From a virus: DNA of 10,734 bases. Below the pieces are notes generated by a model that was given only the letters and a program-made list of their open reading frames with translations, ran no database searches and was not told where the DNA came from. Location: the UHGV virus genome UHGV-1335316, one strand, 5' to 3'. Shown here piece after piece: positions 1 through 6,626 of the stretch (the stretch's first letter is position 1; each line of letters starts with the position of its first letter). The translations under genes were made by a program, and so were the position numbers.

Positions 1-157
1 GATGGTTATCTGTATGTTTTTTATATAGATTTATTTTTTGCAGGGTTGTGTGGATTGGGAAGGTGATCGAGAGATCTGAATTGCGATGTTTAGTGAGTTG
101 TATCTATTAATTTTGAAATAAATACAATTGGTTATGCGTTTTTTGGGGGGCGTTAGG

Positions 158-184
158 CAAAGAAAACCCGGCGCAGATGCCGGG
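158..184 (-). terminator. t_imm-like intrinsic terminator ending leftward cI-operon transcripts
   Basis: Hairpin cccggc(167-172)/gccggg(179-184) with a 6-nt loop; on the minus strand it is followed by a U-tract (plus strand caaagaaaa, 158-166). Position and sequence resemble lambda t_imm as recalled. Confidence 0.7.
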
Positions 185-234
185 TTGTGGTGGAGATCAA
201 TGCTTATTTGGGAGTGCTGGTTTTTTTATCGACT

Positions 235-438
235 CTAATNNNNNNNNNNNNNNNNNNNNNNNNNNNNNNNNNNAATCTTTTTGTTCCCAAGGTAATTTGG
301 CAGTTTTTCCATTGCGTAATTATCGTGTAGCCATTTTCTGAACACGCCAAGTGCCTCAATAGGATAAATCCAAGCTGTTATATGCTTATTTGCAGCTGAC
401 TGCCTGTAATTTTCGGGGAATAAATGTGGGTACTGCAC
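235..438 (-). CDS. hypothetical protein, distal ORF of the cargo in the rexAB slot; both ends uncertain
   Basis: ORF-track 67 codons with a GTG start at 438 (rc of cac 436-438) and ggggaaagg upstream. The C-terminus runs into the N-run 240-273, so the stop at 235-237 is provisional. The frame is also open upstream from 438 to a stop at 562-564, through the N-run 488-544. No recognisable motif. Confidence 0.4.
   Translation of the reverse strand: MQYPHLFPENYRQSAANKHITAWIYPIEALGVFRKWLHDNYAMEKLPNYLGNKKIXXXXXXXXXXXX
240..273. other. run of 34 N (masked bases or assembly gap)
   Basis: Directly visible; lies in the 3' end of the distal cargo ORF. Confidence 1.
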
Positions 439-466
439 CCTTTCCCCGAATTTCTCAGATAGCCCA

Positions 467-1132
467 TTAGCTGTCCAATACTTTCCCNNNNNNNNNNNNN
501 NNNNNNNNNNNNNNNNNNNNNNNNNNNNNNNNNNNNNNNNNNNNACAAAGCAAACCTCCGATCAGGTTCATGGCAATGTCAGCTATCTCTCTGAATACTG
601 CAAAATGAGTTGTCGGTATCTGATCGTTTAGCTTAATCCTTGCTCTATAGTTCTCGAATGAGATATCTATTGAAGCATTTGGGTTGTAATTTGACTTTTC
701 ATAAATCATTCGCTTAAGCGTGTACTCAGCCAAGCGAACAAAATTACCTATTGCGACTGACCTATCAAAATTGGTGGCATCTAGAGCGTAGTAACGGAGG
801 ATAGCCATGCAAACATAGTCAGGATAAGCATGAGTTTCCACGTTTGAGCTATTTAAAACGCGAGTGTATAGCTTTTCGACGTTATGAAACCCTTTCTCAG
901 CTAAATACGCAGCTACTTTTTGACCTCTGGGTTTGTTTTTCTCTGTGTTCCAGTTTGATGTGAACACCCTCAGTGGCGTGTCATCAATGCCGCATAACTT
1001 TGCGAGACCGTAGAGAGTTAGGTAAGGAGTTCCATCATTGAGAACGCCCATAGGAATATCATCAGAAACAACCTCTACTACAGGGAAAAGCTGCATTTGA
1101 TGCAGGGATTCGCTATTGCTGTTAATCGACAT
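467..1132 (-). CDS. hypothetical protein of unknown function, first gene downstream of cI (rexA position, but not RexA)
   Basis: 221-codon ORF with ATG (rc of cat 1130-1132) preceded by aagga. Same strand as cI. Translation contains no Walker A, HNH or other motif I recognise and does not resemble lambda RexA as recalled. AT-richer than cI. Contains the N-run 488-544 (19 X). Confidence 0.65.
   Translation of the reverse strand: MSINSNSESLHQMQLFPVVEVVSDDIPMGVLNDGTPYLTLYGLAKLCGIDDTPLRVFTSNWNTEKNKPRGQKVAAYLAEKGFHNVEKLYTRVLNSSNVETHAYPDYVCMAILRYYALDATNFDRSVAIGNFVRLAEYTLKRMIYEKSNYNPNASIDISFENYRARIKLNDQIPTTHFAVFREIADIAMNLIGGLLCXXXXXXXXXXXXXXXXXXXGKVLDS
488..544. other. run of 57 N (masked bases or assembly gap)
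   Basis: Directly visible; inside the C-terminal part of the 221-codon cargo ORF. Confidence 1.
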
Positions 1133-1218
1133 ATCTTAATGATTTCCTTATTTTTATTGTAGGGATCTTCTTTTTTATTTCCTACATCTAGATGCGTATA
1201 AAGTCTCTTGCTGCGGAC

Positions 1219-1938
<720 letters not shown>

Positions 1939-1945
1939 TTAAATC

Positions 1946-2011
1946 TATCACCGCGAGGGATAAATATCTAACACCGTGCGTGTTGACTATTTTACCTCTA
2001 GCGGTGATAAT
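1946..2011. promoter_or_regulatory. OR3-OR2-OR1 operators with divergent PRM/PR promoters
   Basis: OR3 tatcaccgcgagggata 1946-1962, OR2 taacaccgtgcgtgttg 1969-1985, OR1 tacctctagcggtgata 1993-2009. PR -35 ttgact 1983-1988 and -10 gataat 2006-2011, 17-bp spacing. cro ATG at 2036 with SD taaggagg. Confidence 0.9.
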
Positions 2012-2026
2012 AGTTGCATGTACTAA

Positions 2027-2236
<210 letters not shown>

Positions 2237-2243
2237 ATAACCC

Positions 2244-2275
2244 CGCTCTTACACATTCCAGCCCTGAAAAAGGGC
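2244..2275 (+). promoter_or_regulatory. nutR (boxA plus boxB stem-loop) N-utilisation site
   Basis: boxA cgctcttaca 2244-2253; boxB hairpin gccctgaaaaagggc 2261-2275 (5-bp stem, gaaaa loop). Lies immediately after the cro stop, as in lambda. Confidence 0.8.
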
Positions 2276-2334
2276 ATCAAATTAAACCACACCTATGGTG
2301 TATGCATTTATTTGCATACATTCAATCAATTGTT

Positions 2335-2377
2335 ATCTAAGGAAATACTGACATATGGTTCGTGCAAACAAACGCAA
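2335..2377 (-). promoter_or_regulatory. PRE-like promoter with CII-binding TTGC-N6-TTGC direct repeat
   Basis: Plus strand gcaaacaaacgcaa 2364-2377 is TTGCGTTTGTTTGC on the minus strand, straddling the cII start as in lambda PRE. The promoter extent is approximate. Confidence 0.6.
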
Positions 2378-2651
2378 CGAGGCTCTACGAATCGAGAGTG
2401 CGTTGCTTAACAAAATCGCAATGCTTGGAACTGAGAAGACAGCGGAAGCTGTGGGCGTTGATAAGTCGCAGATCAGCAGGTGGAAGAGGGACTGGATTCC
2501 AAAGTTCTCAATGCTGCTTGCTGTTCTTGAATGGGGTGTCGTTGACGACGACATGGCTCGATTGGCACGACAAGTTGCTTCGATTCTCACCAATAAAAAA
2601 CGCCCGGTGTGCAAGACCGAGCGTTCTGAACAAATCCAGATGGAATTCTGA
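2355..2651 (+). CDS. cII: CII transcriptional activator
   Basis: 98-aa [98 protein letters not shown], lambda CII-like. Confidence 0.95.
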   Translation: MVRANKRNEALRIESALLNKIAMLGTEKTAEAVGVDKSQISRWKRDWIPKFSMLLAVLEWGVVDDDMARLARQVASILTNKKRPVCKTERSEQIQMEF

Positions 2652-2673
2652 GGTCATTACTGGATCAATCCAC
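2593..2673 (-). ncRNA. oop: oop-like antisense RNA overlapping the 3' end of cII
   Basis: Minus-strand hairpin cgcucgg/ccgggcg (plus strand 2601-2623) followed by U6 (plus strand aaaaaa 2595-2600). The 5' end is inferred near 2673 by analogy with lambda oop; the ends are approximate. Confidence 0.5.
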
Positions 2674-2683
2674 AGGAGTTATT

Positions 2684-2830
2684 ATGACAAAACAACTCAG
2701 TCCTTACCAGGACAAAATTCACAAACACATACTACGTGATCGCTTCCTGTCCAGCTTCAAGCAGCCTGGTCGATTCCGGGCTGAGTTGGAAAAAGTGAAG
2801 CTGATGCAGAAGGAGAAAGGTCATGAGTAA
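2684..2830 (+). CDS. small hypothetical ORF (48 aa) translationally coupled to the initiator gene
   Basis: ATG 2684 preceded by caggag; translation [48 protein letters not shown]. Its stop taa 2828-2830 overlaps the ATG 2823 of the next gene. It sits where lambda has the O start. Not in the ORF track because it is shorter than the cutoff. Confidence 0.35.
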   Translation: MTKQLSPYQDKIHKHILRDRFLSSFKQPGRFRAELEKVKLMQKEKGHE

Positions 2831-3683
2831 TCTTGCAACCGTAACACATTTAAGGCCTTCACAACGGCCTGTGGAGCGTCGTGTGGCAGAAGTTGAAGAT
2901 GGTTATACCCGTCTTGCAAATGCCCTGTATGAAGAGCTTATCGGCGCAGATTTAACAAAAAATCAGAGCAAGGTTGCCCACGCCATATGCCGTAAAACAT
3001 ACGGATACGGTAAAAAGATGGATCGCATCTCTGATAGTCAGTTAGCTCAAATTACCAGGCTGCCAAGACAGAAGGTAAACAAGGCCAAGAATGAGCTTAT
3101 CGCGATGAAGGTAATCCTTCGCGAAGGCCAGCAAATCGGGCCTAACAAGAACATCGAGGAATGGCAAATCGAAGGGTGTCACTACTCTGGTGATAATGTC
3201 ACTGCATTGGTGACAAAAAGTGTCACCAAAACGGTGACAGCGCTGTCACCAAAACAGGGACACACAAAAGAAACTATTACAAAAGAAAAAAGAAATAATA
3301 AAAACACTATGTCCGAAAGTGTTCGGACAGAGTGTGAAAAATCATCTGACCGTCACGAAGAAACCGACAAGGCATTCGAGGAAATATTCTGGTGTGCAGG
3401 CATGCGGAAAGCCGGGAAAAAAAACGCAGCTTCGGCATTCAGAACACAGTTCAGGGAATGGCGTAAAACTACCAGGGGTACGGCAAGCGAGTTTGCCACG
3501 ATGCTGGCAGAAGACATCGCATGCAGGAATGGTAAGCAGTTCGGATTCGACAGGTTGTTACCATCGAGCTACTTGAACGGTCAGCGCTGGAACGACGAAA
3601 AGCCAGAAACCATTCAACCACAATCCAAACCATCATCCGCAATCACCGTATCGAAAACTGGCTACGTGTTTTTCGACAGGTGA
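2823..3683 (+). CDS. replication initiator with lambda-O-like N-terminal iteron-binding domain and a non-lambda C-terminal domain
   Basis: 286 aa. Residues about 25-110 ([56 protein letters not shown]...GPNKNIEEW) parallel the lambda O N-terminus as recalled. The gene contains iterons and an AT-rich tract in its middle, as lambda O does. The C-terminal half is unlike lambda O. Confidence 0.9.
   Translation: MSNLATVTHLRPSQRPVERRVAEVEDGYTRLANALYEELIGADLTKNQSKVAHAICRKTYGYGKKMDRISDSQLAQITRLPRQKVNKAKNELIAMKVILREGQQIGPNKNIEEWQIEGCHYSGDNVTALVTKSVTKTVTALSPKQGHTKETITKEKRNNKNTMSESVRTECEKSSDRHEETDKAFEEIFWCAGMRKAGKKNAASAFRTQFREWRKTTRGTASEFATMLAEDIACRNGKQFGFDRLLPSSYLNGQRWNDEKPETIQPQSKPSSAITVSKTGYVFFDR
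3198..3310. repeat. replication origin: three or more inverted-repeat iterons followed by an AT-rich unwinding tract, inside the initiator gene
   Basis: gtcactgcattggtgac 3198-3214; tgtcaccaaaacggtgaca 3221-3239; ctgtcaccaaaacagggacac 3243-3263; then an A-rich tract aaaagaaactattacaaaagaaaaaagaaataataaaaacac 3266-3307. Confidence 0.7.
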
Positions 3684-3686
3684 ACC

Positions 3687-3794
3687 ATGAAATCAAAAAT
3701 CAAATCGCTACTGGTCGCTGGTTATAACCACGGCTGGTTAAGTATTTCGTTTGTCGATTTCTGGTTTAAAAATCTCAATCTGAGGGAATCATGA
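3687..3794 (+). CDS. small hypothetical ORF (35 aa) translationally coupled to the primase-helicase gene
   Basis: ATG 3687, 4 nt after the initiator stop; translation MKSKIKSLLVAGYNHGWLSISFVDFWFKNLNLRES. Its stop tga 3792-3794 overlaps ATG 3791 (ATGA). Shorter than the ORF-track cutoff. Confidence 0.3.
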   Translation: MKSKIKSLLVAGYNHGWLSISFVDFWFKNLNLRES

Positions 3795-5671
3795 GGCCAA
3801 GTGAACTTAGCGACCTGCTTTGGGCGCAGGTTGACAGGGTGGCTCCGCACCTGTTGCCAAATGGCAAGAAAGAGGGGCATGAGTGGGTTGCCGGTAACGT
3901 CAACGGTGACAAGGGAAACAGCCTTAAGGTCAACCTTAGCGGCAAGAAAAAATGGGCTGATTTCGCTGAGGGAGACGGCGGTGACATGCTTGATTTGTGG
4001 ATGGCATGTCGTGGAATTAACCTGCATCAGGCTATGCAGGAAGCGAAAGCATTTCTCGGTATCAAGGATGACGATCACCATTTCGATGCCAGACGTGAGA
4101 AAAAATTCTCCAGACCTGATCGCAAGAAAATCGCCCGCTACGTTACCAGAACAGAATCCCATCTTGAGTACCTGCAATCGCGTGGCATATCGCCAGAAAT
4201 CGTAAAGCGCTACGAGGTTGTCAGCGGCAAGGTGTGGAATGGAGAGCGGGAACTGGATGCTCTGGTGATTCCGTACAAACGCGATGGTGAGTTGTTGCAG
4301 GTCAAGCGAATCAGCACTGAGCGCCCGGACGGGAAGAAAGTCATTATGGCAGAAGGTGATTGCGAACCTTGCCTGTTCGGATGGCAGGCTCTGGACGCTG
4401 GCGTGAGGGCGGTTGTACTTTGCGAAGGCGAAATTGATTGTATGAGCTATGCGCAATACGGCATCTCGGCGTTATCCGTACCGTTTGGTGGAGGGAAAGG
4501 CGCTAAGCAACAGTGGATTGAGTTTGAGTATCACAACCTCGACAGGTTTGAGGAAATATTCATCTCGATGGACGTTGATGATGTTGGTCGTGAAGCCGCA
4601 AGGGAAATCGCAAGCCGACTCGGTGAACATCGTTGCCGTCTTGTTACTCTGCCGTGCAAAGACATCAACGAATGCCTGATGAACGGTGTTACCGAGGATG
4701 AAATCTGGCAGTACATCGGCACGGCATCCTACTTCGATCCTGAAGAACTCTACAGCGCGCGAGAGTTTTACCAGGACACTATCAACGCTTTCTACGGCAA
4801 GCAGCAGTATCTGTTTAATCCACCGTGGGAATCTCTGGCAGATAAATTCCAGTTCCGTGAGGCAGAGTTGACGCTGGTCAATGGTGTGAACGGTCACGGA
4901 AAAACGGAGGTTGTCGGGCATATGGCACTTGAGGCAATGCGTCAGGGTGTGAAGACGTGCATCGCGTCACTTGAGCTGAAGCCTGGTATTCTCCTTAAGC
5001 GCCTTACCCGTCAGGCGACGTGCTGCAAGATGCCGCCAGTGCTGGAAATTGACTCTGCATTTAAATTTTATGACGAAAGACTTTGGGTGTTTGGCCTGAC
5101 CGGAACGGCGAAAGCCGACAGGCTGATCGAAATATTCGACTACGCTCGCCGCCGATACGGGATCCAGTTATTCATCATCGACAGCCTGATGAAATGTGGC
5201 ATAGGCGACGATGACTATAACGGGCAGAAGGCGTTTGTTGACTCGATTTGCGACTTCAAAAACAAAACAAACTCCCACGTCATTCTCGTTACTCACTCGC
5301 GAAAAGGAGACAGCGAAGAAAAACCAACCGGGAAAATGGACGTAAAAGGCTCTGGAGCGATAACAGACCTGACAGACAACCTTTTCATCATCTGGCGTAA
5401 CAAGGCTCGCGAGAGAGCGTTACAGAGAGTTCAGAGTGGTGAAAAGATGTCAGAGAAGGACGAACAGCTACTGGCATCTCCGGCATCTGTTTTGATGCTT
5501 GAAAAACAACGTAACGGCGAAGGTTGGGAAGGTGGTGTCCCGTTGTTCCTTGACGAGCAATCGCACCAGTTCCTGCAACTTGAATCAGGATCGCCATATA
5601 GCTACATCGCCAATATGCCGAAATCGGAATATGACGAGGCGTGGCGACAGGAAAACGTGACGGAGTATTAA
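3791..5671 (+). CDS. bifunctional DNA primase/helicase-like replication protein (TOPRIM domain plus P-loop ATPase)
   Basis: 626 aa. TOPRIM signature: acidic E in VVLCEGEIDCMSY and a DxD cluster in ISMDVDDVGREAA. Walker A GVNGHGKTE and Walker B-like LFIIDSLMK in the C-terminal half. SD gaggga before the ATG. It replaces lambda P. Confidence 0.85.
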   Translation: MRPSELSDLLWAQVDRVAPHLLPNGKKEGHEWVAGNVNGDKGNSLKVNLSGKKKWADFAEGDGGDMLDLWMACRGINLHQAMQEAKAFLGIKDDDHHFDARREKKFSRPDRKKIARYVTRTESHLEYLQSRGISPEIVKRYEVVSGKVWNGERELDALVIPYKRDGELLQVKRISTERPDGKKVIMAEGDCEPCLFGWQALDAGVRAVVLCEGEIDCMSYAQYGISALSVPFGGGKGAKQQWIEFEYHNLDRFEEIFISMDVDDVGREAAREIASRLGEHRCRLVTLPCKDINECLMNGVTEDEIWQYIGTASYFDPEELYSAREFYQDTINAFYGKQQYLFNPPWESLADKFQFREAELTLVNGVNGHGKTEVVGHMALEAMRQGVKTCIASLELKPGILLKRLTRQATCCKMPPVLEIDSAFKFYDERLWVFGLTGTAKADRLIEIFDYARRRYGIQLFIIDSLMKCGIGDDDYNGQKAFVDSICDFKNKTNSHVILVTHSRKGDSEEKPTGKMDVKGSGAITDLTDNLFIIWRNKARERALQRVQSGEKMSEKDEQLLASPASVLMLEKQRNGEGWEGGVPLFLDEQSHQFLQLESGSPYSYIANMPKSEYDEAWRQENVTEY

Positions 5672-5753
5672 ATGACAATCTACATCACTGAGCTAATAGC
5701 AGGGTTATCGTTACTAATGGTTCTTACTGTATATATTATTAAGTATATTCTTT

Positions 5754-6365
5754 ATGCGAATAAAAAAAACAATTGATCACGATGAGCTTCTGTCAACATT
5801 ATCATATGACTCAGAAACAGGAATATTTAAATGGCTAAAAACAAATTCAGTAGTAAGAGTAAAAGGTAGTATTGCTGGAGGTGTTAGTGGTGGTTATATA
5901 TGCATTAGCATAAATAATGTTTTGTATTATGCGCATAGGCTTGCTTGGTTCTATGTATACAAAAAATGGCCTCCTAAGTTTATTGATCATGTAAATGGGA
6001 ACAGACTTGACAATAGGATTTCAAATCTAAGACTGGCAACAGAGGAGCAGAATGCAAGAAACATTGTAGGTAATAGGTTAAACACATCCGGTGCGATTGG
6101 AGTGTCTTGGGATAAGACAACTGGCAGGTGGAAGTCTTATGTTGGTTATAAAAATAAGACAATATCGTTAGGGTATTTCGATAGCAAAGAAGATGCAGCA
6201 TTCATAGCAGCACTAGCAAGAAAGAAACTATATGGAACTTATGCGAGTAAAGCACTTAATTGCGAGCATGAGCTTTTATCTCAATTTAATAATGATGAGG
6301 ATAAACTTGCGGAATATCTTAAGGAAAAATCTAAAAGGACTCGAAAGCGTGTTAAAAAAAGATAA
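5754..6365 (+). CDS. HNH endonuclease with C-terminal AP2-type DNA-binding domain (homing-endonuclease-like)
   Basis: 203 aa. HNH_3-type motif IDHVNGNRLDNRISNLRLATEEQNARN; AP2-like segment GVSWDKTTGRWKSYVGYKNKTISLGYFDSKEDAAFIAALARKKLYG; basic tail. The gene and its flanks are markedly AT-rich compared with the neighbouring genes. Confidence 0.9.
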   Translation: MRIKKTIDHDELLSTLSYDSETGIFKWLKTNSVVRVKGSIAGGVSGGYICISINNVLYYAHRLAWFYVYKKWPPKFIDHVNGNRLDNRISNLRLATEEQNARNIVGNRLNTSGAIGVSWDKTTGRWKSYVGYKNKTISLGYFDSKEDAAFIAALARKKLYGTYASKALNCEHELLSQFNNDEDKLAEYLKEKSKRTRKRVKKR

Positions 6366-6366
6366 A

Positions 6367-6396
6367 GGCCTGCTGGTAATCGCAGGTCTTTTTATT
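6367..6396 (+). terminator. tR2-like intrinsic terminator
   Basis: Stem ggcctgc 6367-6373 / gcaggtc 6382-6388 (one G-U pair), followed by tttttat 6389-6395. Matches the lambda tR2 hairpin region as recalled. Confidence 0.65.
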
Positions 6397-6412
6397 TGGG
6401 GGAGAGTAAATC

Positions 6413-6619
6413 GTGGCTGAGTTAATTTTCTCTGCATTGAGGCTTCTCGGTGCTATGTGGATGGTGGCGACGTTCATTGTGATTGCTGGCTGTTTTGTCC
6501 GGTTGGTAGGCGAAGGTAAAGACCTGGTGGGTGTGCTTTTCGGTAGCATTCTCCTGTGGGTGATTATCGGTGTTGCGCCTGTTGCTGTAGCAAAAATGGC
6601 GTGGCGTTTTGTTAGTTGA
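6413..6619 (+). CDS. small hypothetical membrane protein (two predicted transmembrane helices)
   Basis: 68-codon ORF with GTG start 6413 preceded by gggggagag, and an in-frame stop just upstream at 6407-6409. Hydrophobic segments LIFSALRLLGAMWMVATFIVIAGCFV and LVGVLFGSILLWVIIGVAPVAVA. Its stop overlaps the SD of the next gene. Confidence 0.5.
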   Translation: MAELIFSALRLLGAMWMVATFIVIAGCFVRLVGEGKDLVGVLFGSILLWVIIGVAPVAVAKMAWRFVS

Positions 6620-6626
6620 GGTGACA

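Noticed and set aside
1-9. Possible right half of operator OL3 (gatggttat) at the window edge
   Set aside because: Only a partial site is visible and the identification rests purely on my recollection of lambda OL3; it cannot be supported from this window alone.
2333-2739. ORFs 2333-2614 (-) and 2362-2739 (+) overlapping cII
   Set aside because: Alternative-frame or antisense overlaps of cII; cII itself matches a known protein, these do not.
3198-3263. Short direct/inverted repeats that could be mistaken for a CRISPR array
   Set aside because: Only three palindromic units, inside a coding region and followed by an AT-rich tract; this is origin-iteron architecture, not repeat-spacer structure, and no cas genes are present.
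3319-4456. ORFs 3319-3576 (+), 3722-4456 (-), 3775-3987 (-) and 3801-4205 (+) overlapping the initiator and primase-helicase genes
   Set aside because: Out-of-frame or antisense to long genes with clear motifs; typical spurious ORFs.
4449-5678. ORFs 4449-4679 (+), 4472-4921 (-), 4531-4722 (-), 4686-4871 (+) and 5388-5678 (-) within the primase-helicase gene
   Set aside because: Same reasoning: embedded in a 626-codon gene and lacking starts with an RBS or any motif.
5672-5776. 34-codon ORF MTIYITELIAGLSLLMVLTVYIIKYILYANKKNN starting right after the primase-helicase stop
   Set aside because: Its first about 10 codons lie in the conserved lambda-like linker and the remainder reads into the AT-rich insert and overlaps the HNH start out of frame; it is most likely a by-product of the insertion, not a gene.
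5980-6201. ORF 5980-6201 (-) inside the HNH endonuclease gene
   Set aside because: Antisense to a gene with clear HNH/AP2 motifs, in AT-rich sequence where spurious ORFs are common.
6232-6420. ORF 6232-6420 (+) crossing the HNH 3' end and the tR2-like hairpin
   Set aside because: Out of frame with the HNH gene and reads through a terminator stem-loop (its C-terminal LLVIAGLFIWGR is a translation of the hairpin); not a plausible gene.
6609-6626. ORF-track start of ninB at 6609 (MLVEVT...)
   Set aside because: ATG 6627 with SD tgaggtga and the MKQ... N-terminus fits NinB better; 6609 is a non-ATG upstream extension overlapping the preceding ORF.
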